A DNA stretch of 64,000 nt from Bdellovibrionales bacterium (lineage in GTDB: Bacteria > Bdellovibrionota > Bdellovibrionia > Bdellovibrionales > JAGQZY01), in assembly GCA_964230645.1 (NCBI GenBank), contig CAXRHT010000001.1, forward strand, positions 896,001 to 960,000. Direction: 5' to 3'. The notes beneath the pieces are model-generated. The model saw only the letters and a list, made by a program, of their open reading frames with translations. It did not search any database and had not been told where the DNA came from. Below are positions 1 through 8,728 of the stretch, in pieces. Each line of letters starts with the position of its first letter. Position 1 is the first letter of the stretch. The position numbers were made by a program, and so were the translations under genes.

Positions 1-395
1 TCCAAAAACTCATGCTCGTCATGATTGTTATGGGCACCATGTTTTTTATCCAAAGATCAATGCTCGGATAATCTCTCTCACAATAGTTTTATAGACTAGG
101 ATCTCATGGCTTGCAGTTTTCCTCTCGATAGACAGCAAGCCTCCACTCTCAAAACAAGTAGTGACAGTGCTCCCTCTCTTCACGCTCATGACACACCACT
201 TGATCATAGCGACCATTCAACTCCCAATTCAAATGTTCTAGCAAAGCATTCATTGAGGCCATCAAAACCAGACGTCAGCGAACTGATAGAAGGCCTCCTT
301 CCATTCTCATTACCTTTTCATAAAGTTTTTTTCTTGCTTAGCGGCTCCTTAAACCATAAGGATGGGGATCTCTTTAATTTCTGGGGGTATCCATC

Positions 396-1946
396 ATGGC
401 AAAGATGTCTTTTCTTTTCCTTATGTTATTTTACGTCACCACAGCCCGTGCCCTTGAGGACCTTGAAACTTTCAAAGTGGATTTAGGAGAAAAGCTTTTT
501 CTTGAAGACCGCTTCTCCCAAGGTTTTTTCAAGCAACATGATGGAGACTACAACTCACCGGCTCCTGAGGGCGCATCCATTCTTGAGCAATTTGAGTATC
601 TTGAAGAAAACCTTCCCCACCCCCAAAGAGGACAGCAGGTGAGCTGTGCTTCTTGTCACTTCGTCGACCAAATGACTGATGTTCAAGAGGGTCTTGTTCT
701 CACTTATAACGACTTCTCTGCCTTTTCTAGAGTGCCCGCCCGTGGAGACCAACAAACTCGCACCCCTCGAAATAGTATGAATATGGTTTTGCCTAATGCT
801 CCAGAAGGTGGCCCTCTTCACTGGGATGGGGAGTTTTACTCGCCAAGCTCTCTAACTTGCGCCACCTTAGTGGGAAGAAATATGGGTTGGCTTCTTGGTG
901 AGGAGTCTCAGGCTCGTCAACACGTTGTGAATGTTCTAAGAAAGGACTCTGGCACTTACCCATCTGTTTCAGAGCTTAAAGGCTCTTACGCCGAGCTTTT
1001 TAAAAAAATCGGTATAGAATTAACTGAACTCTCAGATCCTCAACTTTTAGAACTCACTTGCAACACAGTGGGAATCTACTTAAAGGATCTTGATTTTGCA
1101 AAAGACGAAGATGGTCAGTTTATAGGTTCAGCTTACGATCAATTTTTATTACAAAATGGTGTGAGGTCCCAACGTCTTCCTAATGAAACTCAAGGAGAAT
1201 ACCTCACCTACTTAAAAGACCAAGTTCGCACTATTCAAGACTGGCAGTGGATTGAACCCTCTCCTATGAAATATCACAATGAGGATTCTGTCTTTGGTCC
1301 AAAGGAACTTCAGGGTCTTAAAGCTTTTCTTGGTCGCTCCCAGTGCGCCACTTGTCACCGGCCCCCGGAGTTCACCGACTACAGATTTCATAATACAGGC
1401 ATCAGCCAATTCACTTTTGATAGCTTACATGGGAGAGGGGCTTTCTCGAATTTGAAGATTCCAAGTCACAACGACCGCCTTCTTGACCCCGCAAGTAGTT
1501 TCGTAGGCACGGAAAACCATCCCCACTGGCAGGGCGATTTTAGAAAGAGTCCCGAAAAAGACGAGCCCAAATTTGTGGACCTAGGTATTTGGAATATAAT
1601 CGGTCATCCAGATAAAAAAGAAGTGCAACCACAAGTTAAAAAAATGATCTGTGAGTCCTACCAACTAAAAAACTGTGAGTGGTCCGATGAGGAGTATCTT
1701 ACTAAATCAATAGCACTCTTTAAAACTCCCACCCTTAGAAGCTTAGGCCAGTCCGCCCCCTATCTTCATGATGGCAGTGCTGAGGACATTTTAAGTGTGT
1801 TAACTCTTTATCTCAGGGGCTCTCATTTTGCCCAAAAAGGCCAAATGCGAAACCCTGATCCCTTCATGAGAGCCATGAGTATTCACCCTCATGATTTCAG
1901 AGCTCTTGAGGCCTTCCTGCAAAGTCTTAACGAAGATTATGATTGA
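396..1946 (+). CDS. Exported di-haem cytochrome c peroxidase / MauG-family protein
   Basis: Signal peptide; two CxxCH motifs (CASCH, CATCH); family motifs RNS..WDG, FTDYRFHNTG and FKTPTLRSLGQSAPYLHDGS. Confidence 0.85.
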   Translation: MAKMSFLFLMLFYVTTARALEDLETFKVDLGEKLFLEDRFSQGFFKQHDGDYNSPAPEGASILEQFEYLEENLPHPQRGQQVSCASCHFVDQMTDVQEGLVLTYNDFSAFSRVPARGDQQTRTPRNSMNMVLPNAPEGGPLHWDGEFYSPSSLTCATLVGRNMGWLLGEESQARQHVVNVLRKDSGTYPSVSELKGSYAELFKKIGIELTELSDPQLLELTCNTVGIYLKDLDFAKDEDGQFIGSAYDQFLLQNGVRSQRLPNETQGEYLTYLKDQVRTIQDWQWIEPSPMKYHNEDSVFGPKELQGLKAFLGRSQCATCHRPPEFTDYRFHNTGISQFTFDSLHGRGAFSNLKIPSHNDRLLDPASSFVGTENHPHWQGDFRKSPEKDEPKFVDLGIWNIIGHPDKKEVQPQVKKMICESYQLKNCEWSDEEYLTKSIALFKTPTLRSLGQSAPYLHDGSAEDILSVLTLYLRGSHFAQKGQMRNPDPFMRAMSIHPHDFRALEAFLQSLNEDYD

Positions 1947-2017
1947 TGGCCGCTTCTAAGCCTCATTCGTTTTCTGAGTAAGGCTCAGACCTAAAATTCT
2001 ATAGATTTGGTTCCAAA

Positions 2018-2075
2018 TCCGGACAAAGTTCGGACAAATCTTCCCTGTCCGGTATCCGTCTTAAACTCTGTCCGG
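2018..2075. promoter_or_regulatory. Cluster of four CGGACA/TGTCCG sites (putative operator)
   Basis: TCCGGACAAA 2018, TTCGGACAAA 2029, CTGTCCGG 2045, CTGTCCGG 2068; two in each orientation, upstream of the 2123 start. Confidence 0.45.
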
Positions 2076-2122
2076 CTCAGCCATTGCTTCTACCAAGTTC
2101 CGTCCGAATAAAGGAGGAAACA

Positions 2123-2335
2123 ATGAATGAAAATAACCCCATCAAAAAACAAATTTTATCAATGCTCACAAATTATGGCTTAAACCCCATGGAGTGGGAC
2201 CTCTCTGGTCTTAGTCTGAGTGAAAAAGCCTTCGTATTAAAAAATAGGTTTGATAGCGAATTTCAGCTTATGGGTTTTCTGGATAACCAATCAAAAAGCC
2301 CCGTGTTAAAAAGTTTAGAGCTTATTAGCCTTTAG
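2123..2335 (+). CDS. Small hypothetical protein (70 aa, GLNPxEW motif)
   Basis: Strong RBS AAGGAGG at 2111 before ATG 2123 (ORF track starts at 2084). Confidence 0.7.
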   Translation: MNENNPIKKQILSMLTNYGLNPMEWDLSGLSLSEKAFVLKNRFDSEFQLMGFLDNQSKSPVLKSLELISL

Positions 2336-2943
2336 TAAACACCCAAACAGGAATAAGAAAACATGGAAAGATCCCACTGATCTTTCCGAGGAAGTGTGGT
2401 GGCCTCGGGAAGTTTTGGAATCAAGCTTTGCGCAAAACTCTTCCACTGGGCCTCACCGTAAAGTCTTTCAAACTGCCTTTTCAAACGACAAAAAAGACCA
2501 ATATCACTGGCATCAAGCCAAGAGGTCTTGTTGTAGCGATTCACCGGCGGCTTTTCTCCCCACGCAATTTGAATCATAAGTTTTAAAGCTTTGATGAGAG
2601 CTTTTCTTACGAAAAGGGCTGAATCATCCGTTCCACACTGATTGGGTACGGACTGAATTTGTTTTTCAAAATAATCAAAGCGCCGAAAAATATCGTAACA
2701 CCCACCGGGCGAGTTTGTTTTCATACACTTATTAAAAGCGGTCATCACCCCAGATTCGTACTGCCCTCTTTCATCGTCTTGATAGAAACCTTTGACCAGA
2801 CGCTTTTTTACCTCTGTCATCTGAATATCACAAACGGTTGTCGGAGGATCACGGTAAACCAGGACAAGGAGTATTAATACGACAATAATAAAACCCAGCA
2901 GAAGTTTTGGAATTTGCTGAAATTTAAGAATTAAATCATTCAT
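2332..2943 (-). CDS. Membrane-anchored Cys-containing hypothetical protein
   Basis: N-terminal hydrophobic helix, six Cys; 3 bp downstream of the AlgE-like gene. Confidence 0.75.
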   Translation of the reverse strand: MNDLILKFQQIPKLLLGFIIVVLILLVLVYRDPPTTVCDIQMTEVKKRLVKGFYQDDERGQYESGVMTAFNKCMKTNSPGGCYDIFRRFDYFEKQIQSVPNQCGTDDSALFVRKALIKALKLMIQIAWGEKPPVNRYNKTSWLDASDIGLFCRLKRQFERLYGEAQWKSFAQSLIPKLPEATTLPRKDQWDLSMFSYSCLGVY

Positions 2944-2946
2944 AAA

Positions 2947-4359
2947 TTAAAAGAAGTATCCAATCTGAACTAAGAACTGACCAAAGTTACTATCAGCCTG
3001 ATTGTTAGAGTTCGTGACGTCAGCATTTTCAAAGGCGGCGCCGGGAAAAAAGTGAGCGTAAGTAAAACGAAAGTTCATCCCACTTTGCCATTTCATATCC
3101 ACCCAGATATCAAACTCATTACCTATATCTTTTTCCTCACCAAAAATAAGATCTCCGTTTTGTACTCTTTGGTCATAAAATCGTCCGGCTTGTCCAAACT
3201 GGATATCATCACTGCCTTCGGTCTTTGTCATATGCCACCAGGCCGCTCCTAGCGTAATATTATCAACAATATCCACATCAAGGCCTGCGTGAAACATACT
3301 CAAATTTCCCCAACGGATGAGATCCATAAGACCCGCTTGTCCGTAAACTTCATAAAAGAAGCTATCATAGCTTCCCACCTGATCATCGCTGGCGTCTTCG
3401 TCTCCGGAGTCATAGTGATACCCCGCCCAGAAGCCTAAATTGTTGTGCTCCACAAAGCGGTAACCCATTTTAAGGTCAATAGCGGTTTGCGCGATCTCGG
3501 GCTTTTGCACATTGGAGTTCACTTGATTGACTGGAGCCACCTTTTCTTCTCCCGTAACATAGGAGAGGAAAAAGGTTCCAAAAAGGGCTGTGCTCTCAAT
3601 CCCCATCTCAAGGGAAAGCCTTTGCATATTAAGACCATTTAAAACCGAGAGCCCACCATCAGGGGAGCCTAAATCCCGATTCACCTGCACAAGATTAAAG
3701 GTAAATATATCAATGGCGTCAGCAAGGTTCTTTACATCCACGTTTAAAATGTAGTGATTCTCTTCCGGATCAGAGCTTAAAGTTTGATTCGAAACACGTT
3801 CAAACTCCTGCACCTTTGCAGCGATAAGTGAGAGCTCTAAAGACTCCCAGTCCCACCCCACACTTAGGAGGTCAAAGGAGTAAGGAACATTAAACCACTC
3901 GTTACTCCCATAGGTGTAACCAAGTCCCAAATGAAGTTGCTTTCTTCCAAAATGAATTCCAAGAGAGTCGTCCACTTTCCAGAGCGCCCAGGCTTGGTTC
4001 ACTAAAAGACCATTGGTACGAGAGAAACCATCGTGCTGCCCACTGCGGGAATCTCCGTTGGCTCCACCCCAGTCGGCAAAATTTAAAAAGCGAAAAAAGG
4101 TCTCAATGTATTCGCCTTTATAAAGGCGAATATCAAATTGCGCTCGGTGGCTCGCTTGAGACTCATCCTCGTTTTCTGGAAACCCACCACCAGTAGCTGC
4201 ACGAAGGTTTTCGTAACGAACCCTCAGGCCTCCACCCGGTTGGAAGTAAACATCTTTTGAAAGAAGTTTGAAGGGATTCTCCGCTTTCTCTTCTTGAGAA
4301 AACCCAGGAAGACAAAACCCTAAAACAATAACAATAAGTCCAAGCTGCCGTAACCACAT
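2947..4359 (-). CDS. Alginate export (AlgE-like) outer-membrane beta-barrel protein
   Basis: Signal peptide; LRVRYE, GRKQLHLG, W.NVPYSFD, SGD.D, DIGNEFD motifs; terminal aromatic strand (VQIGYFF). Confidence 0.75.
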   Translation of the reverse strand: MWLRQLGLIVIVLGFCLPGFSQEEKAENPFKLLSKDVYFQPGGGLRVRYENLRAATGGGFPENEDESQASHRAQFDIRLYKGEYIETFFRFLNFADWGGANGDSRSGQHDGFSRTNGLLVNQAWALWKVDDSLGIHFGRKQLHLGLGYTYGSNEWFNVPYSFDLLSVGWDWESLELSLIAAKVQEFERVSNQTLSSDPEENHYILNVDVKNLADAIDIFTFNLVQVNRDLGSPDGGLSVLNGLNMQRLSLEMGIESTALFGTFFLSYVTGEEKVAPVNQVNSNVQKPEIAQTAIDLKMGYRFVEHNNLGFWAGYHYDSGDEDASDDQVGSYDSFFYEVYGQAGLMDLIRWGNLSMFHAGLDVDIVDNITLGAAWWHMTKTEGSDDIQFGQAGRFYDQRVQNGDLIFGEEKDIGNEFDIWVDMKWQSGMNFRFTYAHFFPGAAFENADVTNSNNQADSNFGQFLVQIGYFF

Positions 4360-4487
4360 AGTCCTTTAATTATAGAATGACTTTAAGGGTATAGGAACCT
4401 TGCCCCCCTTATTTAGTCGGTGTTTAATAAAAAACACAGTCTAGCTCTGGCCCTGGGACAAAAGTCCCGAGAAAAAGTGAAAAAAAC

Positions 4488-4515
4488 TCCAGTTTTCCCC
4501 TCTAAAGGCCGATAG
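4488..4515 (+). promoter_or_regulatory. Putative sigma-28 (FliA) promoter
   Basis: TCCAGTTT-N12-GCCGATAG versus the enterobacterial consensus TAAAGTTT-N11-GCCGATAA; 30 bp upstream of the 4545 start. Confidence 0.45.
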
Positions 4516-4544
4516 AAAGTGAAAGTACGTCAGCAGCAGAGGAG

Positions 4545-5945
4545 TTGGCAGTGATTCGCATCATCCATAGTCTCGTTATTATTTTATTTGTTCCCTCACT
4601 TTTAGCCCAAAGTAGCAGTCCTTTTTCTGAAGCCGCTCAGGTGCGAGGCAGTCTTCTGCCCTTTCAGTTCCCAGTCAACGAGGGGGAATTTCGTAGCAAT
4701 GAGTATGGCGACTTTGCTGGGCACTTACTAATAAGCCCCTCAAGCCTTGAAACAAATCTAAGAAACTACTCCGCGACCCTGCAAGATTTCAGAAACCAAC
4801 CCGGTATGAGTGGATACTTTGAGGGAATGGAAGAAAGACTGGCAACAGCTGGAATCCCGGCTCGTGATATCCGCGTGGTAATGAGAAAAAACGAGAGAGG
4901 GTTTTATATCCCCCAACTGGTACGCCCCAGAAGACTTGCAAATGGAGAACTTGCTCCCTGGGACCCTGAATACCCTGCCCGAGGCATGCAGTTTATTTCT
5001 TCCAATCACGAGGACCAAATCTTTAGGGCCGATGCTAACGGAAACGCAAGACTCGTTGGGTGTCGTAGTACAATCAGCAACGAACGAATTCAAAATGGCG
5101 AGTGCGCGATCCCTCAACCAAGACAGCGTTCCTGTGGCTTTGACCCTTATATTCGAGACACAGGAAAAAACTTTCAAGAAATCTCAGAGAGCAATTTCAC
5201 TTGTACCAAAGGGCCGAATCAACCCACCAATGAATATTTATGTATGGCCTGTAACCTCTATTTTGAGAGCCGAGGGGAAGGCTCTTTAGGAATGGAGGCT
5301 GTGGCGGAGCTGACTCTTGCCGATCAAGCCCATCAAGTGAGGAGAGGACGTGCTGGAAGCTCCCCCATTTGCGATGCCGTTTACAAGGCCAATCGTTTTT
5401 CATGGACTTTGGGTAATGCCGAAGTGGATGTATCTCGAGTGCGCGACTGGCATGCTTGGCAGCAAGCCCTTTATATATCAACCCAAACAGCCCATATGTC
5501 AGGGCAATCCAACCCTCCCATACACGATCCAAAGCTTCACTGTTATCGCTACTACGTTTCGACCATTACGTTTCAAAACTTTGAGCAACTTCCGGGATGG
5601 GCTAGAACCTATTATGATCAAACCTTAAATATGGGAGATAATTTCCGTCCCCTGTGTGTGGGAAATCATATTTTCATGCGTGACCCGAATGAACGCAACT
5701 GTCCGCAGCCCGATATTTCAAGGACAAGAGAAAATGATATGGACTCTGAAACCCACCGTCGCATGTTCTTTAACGAATGCCTTAGTGTCGATGAACCTCA
5801 TGAGGTGCATCAAACCCCTCCGGCTCCAAACACACAACTGTGTTCTGAGAACACAATTGAAAGAGCCATAAGAGCTCACCGAGCCACAGGTGTGGACAAC
5901 ACCCCTCCAGGAATTTACTCACCAGAAAGTGAAGTGGCCGAATAA
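4545..5945 (+). CDS. Secreted protein with SleB/CwlJ-like cell wall hydrolase (Hydrolase_2) domain
   Basis: Signal peptide; CMACNLYFESRGE..GMEAVA, ICDAVY..RFSW and GNHIF motifs; GAGGAG RBS before TTG. Confidence 0.75.
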   Translation: MAVIRIIHSLVIILFVPSLLAQSSSPFSEAAQVRGSLLPFQFPVNEGEFRSNEYGDFAGHLLISPSSLETNLRNYSATLQDFRNQPGMSGYFEGMEERLATAGIPARDIRVVMRKNERGFYIPQLVRPRRLANGELAPWDPEYPARGMQFISSNHEDQIFRADANGNARLVGCRSTISNERIQNGECAIPQPRQRSCGFDPYIRDTGKNFQEISESNFTCTKGPNQPTNEYLCMACNLYFESRGEGSLGMEAVAELTLADQAHQVRRGRAGSSPICDAVYKANRFSWTLGNAEVDVSRVRDWHAWQQALYISTQTAHMSGQSNPPIHDPKLHCYRYYVSTITFQNFEQLPGWARTYYDQTLNMGDNFRPLCVGNHIFMRDPNERNCPQPDISRTRENDMDSETHRRMFFNECLSVDEPHEVHQTPPAPNTQLCSENTIERAIRAHRATGVDNTPPGIYSPESEVAE

Positions 5946-6130
5946 AAAAGTTTTTTTGTTTCAATTTGAGAAACCCTAAAACTTTTTCTCCAAACTAGAG
6001 GGCGTAGAGCAAAATTTGCGATTTTGTGGAATGCGAAACTCTCTCTATTTCGCCATAATAATAGACACAATGTGGGATCTTTTCTTAAGGGGACTAAGAA
6101 AAGGAAAAGGTCAAACGGGGGAGATTAAAA

Positions 6131-6667
6131 ATGGGTAAGGGAAAGTTTAAACTAATCTTAAGTTTTATTTTCATCACAATTATAGCTATCGGTTTTCAGA
6201 ACTGTTCTGAAGAAAACTTTGTCACGCAAGGTAATGGTCAACCTTATGAGGGCCTAACACCGGGTGGATCAGCAAACCGTGATCCAGGCGCTGACAATCC
6301 AAACAACACCAATGGCTCTAATAAAAACCCAATGGGATTTCAACCAGAGTTTGTGTGTAAAAGTCCAAGAAGCGAATTCTTAAACAGCGTTCAATTTGGT
6401 CAACACATCGAACAAGGACCAACCATCCTTATTAAAACCATCGAAGGCACCGGCCACGGAGTTCCTTGGAACGAAAATGCCACAACTCACAAAACAAGCA
6501 TCATTGTCTCTACACTCTCAGGAGAGCAACCCGTTACTATAGAGGCTATCAACCAATTAGGCTCCTTAGAGCAATCAGGTCTCATTGATGTTCGCTACGA
6601 CAATCATCCAAACGGGATAGGGCATGAGTCCTTTGAGTGTGAAGAAGTAGAGATCTCAAAGTTCTAA
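6131..6667 (+). CDS. FQNC-type lipoprotein, unknown function
   Basis: Leader ending IGFQNCS; GGGGGAG RBS. Confidence 0.75.
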   Translation: MGKGKFKLILSFIFITIIAIGFQNCSEENFVTQGNGQPYEGLTPGGSANRDPGADNPNNTNGSNKNPMGFQPEFVCKSPRSEFLNSVQFGQHIEQGPTILIKTIEGTGHGVPWNENATTHKTSIIVSTLSGEQPVTIEAINQLGSLEQSGLIDVRYDNHPNGIGHESFECEEVEISKF

Positions 6668-6696
6668 ATTAGAAATAAACTTTTAGTTTTAAAAAC

Positions 6697-6750
6697 AAAA
6701 GGCATCTTTACAAGGTTCTTACCCAACCTGACAAAAGATGCCTTTTTTAT
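6697..6750. terminator. Bidirectional intrinsic terminator
   Basis: AAAAGGCATCTTT...AAAGATGCCTTTT inverted repeat with A/T tails between convergent genes. Confidence 0.7.
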
Positions 6751-6777
6751 TTTACTCTCATTTTTTTTAATCCTGAA

Positions 6778-7635
6778 TTAGAAAATAGACTTACAAAGCC
6801 TAGCTCTCAGTGGCATCACCACATTGGTGTGATCCAAAGGCTTTTCGTTTTCGACGTTACGACGATTGAGAGCGCTGATGGAAAGACCATCTGACCAACC
6901 TCTTGCTTCAAGTTGCAAAAACCTCGTTTTTAAATCTTCAATGGCACTCATGTAACTCTCAATAAATTCAGAATCTCTGGGGAAGCTCTCCCCTAGCTCA
7001 TGAAGTCCGTAGTTAGCCATCTTGTGTGATTCTCCAGGCAGAAGACTTCTTAGTGGCGAGATGGCACGGTAGCTCACAAAGCCAAGCTTAGTTCTTCCTT
7101 CGGTTAAAACAAGGCCTGCGTTCACATTCATAATAAGGCTATTGATCTCAACAATTCGTAAGGGAAGCCTTTTTGCTCGAAGTTCCAAAACCTCTTCAGT
7201 CACACCCTCTGATTGAGAAAGAATGGATACAAAATCTTGAGCCATGTCCATTTTGCTGGAGCGGTCGGAAGCATAGACACCAGGGCGAAGTTCCATTATT
7301 TGATCAAGCTTACCTGGTTCATCTTCAACCACAAATTCGGTGAGCTCATAAGTGTTAATTCCATTCTGCTCATAAGCTCGTATAGGAACAATTTTATCGA
7401 TCTCTACTAGAAGTTCTGTAGCACTTAAGCGAGAAATCCTAGCACCAACTGTGACGTGCACAGAGGGATGGGGCTCCACTAAGTGAAGACCATTTTGATC
7501 AACCCCTAATTCAATTTGAAAGTTCTCATCAGAAGAAGAAAGTGTGAGAGCTAGCTCCGTTTCAAAGGCATCACTCTGTTGAGCAAAAGCAGGAAACCAT
7601 AGGACTAAGGAGAGGAGAATTAAAAATGTGCGCAT
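6778..7635 (-). CDS. Secreted hypothetical protein, paralog of 7708..8559; ends LCKSIF
   Basis: Likely ATG at 7635 (MRTFLILL signal peptide); end-to-end similarity to the neighbour. Confidence 0.75.
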   Translation of the reverse strand: MRTFLILLSLVLWFPAFAQQSDAFETELALTLSSSDENFQIELGVDQNGLHLVEPHPSVHVTVGARISRLSATELLVEIDKIVPIRAYEQNGINTYELTEFVVEDEPGKLDQIMELRPGVYASDRSSKMDMAQDFVSILSQSEGVTEEVLELRAKRLPLRIVEINSLIMNVNAGLVLTEGRTKLGFVSYRAISPLRSLLPGESHKMANYGLHELGESFPRDSEFIESYMSAIEDLKTRFLQLEARGWSDGLSISALNRRNVENEKPLDHTNVVMPLRARLCKSIF

Positions 7636-7707
7636 AAAAGGGGGTGTAGCATAGGCAAGGCTTTGCCATGAGGAGAATTTAAAAAGATGTAAAAAAATCA
7701 CTGAAAC

Positions 7708-8559
7708 CTAAAAGATCTTCTGGCAGCTCGGTGCCATAAGGGGATAAACCACATTGGTGTAATCGATAGCCTCTTCTCCCTCATCAAGGGATCTTTGGTT
7801 CTCAGCGCCCATTAAAAACCCAAAGGACCAACCTCTGGCTTCGATCGCTTGGTTTCTAACCCTTAGATCACTAATCGCTGCAAGATATCTTTGAATAAAA
7901 GAGTCTTCAGGAGAAAAAGCCTCACCCATATCTTTTATCATGTAGTTTGCATTTATCCCTCGGCCCACAGAAAAAACATCTCCAAGGGGTCGTGCCCTAT
8001 AGCTTAGGGTTTGAAGAGAACTTCGGCCTTCTTTTAGAACAGTTTCCCCTTCTACAAATAGAATCATGCTTTCAAGCTCGACTAAATGAAGAGGACTCCC
8101 CTGATCCATAAGCTGAGAAACCTCTTCGGTCACCCCCTCTGAGTTTTCCACTTGATTGACAAAATCAAGAGCCTCTTCCGTTGTTCCATTTTCAACATTA
8201 GCAAAATGACCCGGGCGAAGATTCATAATTTTATCAAGCCTTTGAGGCTCAACTTCAATAACAAACTCGGAGAGTTCATACATTACAATTTCGCCTCTCT
8301 CATAAGCTCTCACCGGAACACTTTCTGGAAGGCTCACTAAAACTTCACTCTCTCCCATTCTGGTAAAATGAGCACGTACTGAAAGGCGCAATTTATCCTT
8401 GGGCCTTACTACATAAAGCCCTTCTCTTTCATGACCAACTTCCATCACATATTCGGGATCAAAAGAAATAAGAGATAAGCTGACATTCGCCTCAAAGGCC
8501 TCCTGCGCGAGGCAGGAGACCGAGGCACACATCAACAATAAAACAACAAAAGAACGCAT
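7708..8559 (-). CDS. Secreted hypothetical protein, paralog of 6778..7635; ends SCQKIF
   Basis: Signal peptide; shared blocks VP.RAYE, YEL.EFV.E.EP..LD.IM.LRPG, SEGVTEEV, EARGWS, TNVV.PL. Confidence 0.75.
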   Translation of the reverse strand: MRSFVVLLLMCASVSCLAQEAFEANVSLSLISFDPEYVMEVGHEREGLYVVRPKDKLRLSVRAHFTRMGESEVLVSLPESVPVRAYERGEIVMYELSEFVIEVEPQRLDKIMNLRPGHFANVENGTTEEALDFVNQVENSEGVTEEVSQLMDQGSPLHLVELESMILFVEGETVLKEGRSSLQTLSYRARPLGDVFSVGRGINANYMIKDMGEAFSPEDSFIQRYLAAISDLRVRNQAIEARGWSFGFLMGAENQRSLDEGEEAIDYTNVVYPLMAPSCQKIF

Positions 8560-8728
8560 GAACTATTATGTACCACAGCCCAAAAAGAAAAAAGAGTAGG
8601 CAAAATTTTCATGTCAACAGAGTGATCAAGATCAAAGGAAAAATAAGCATAAAAGAGCTGTCTACTCTCTTAACAGGTGATTTTTTCCCTCTATCTAAAA
8701 CGCGTTAAAGAAACATATAATCCCTTCT

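Noticed and set aside
106..486. 126-aa ORF with a His-rich stretch
   Set aside because: Overlaps the peroxidase start by 91 nt, no clear RBS, no recognisable family
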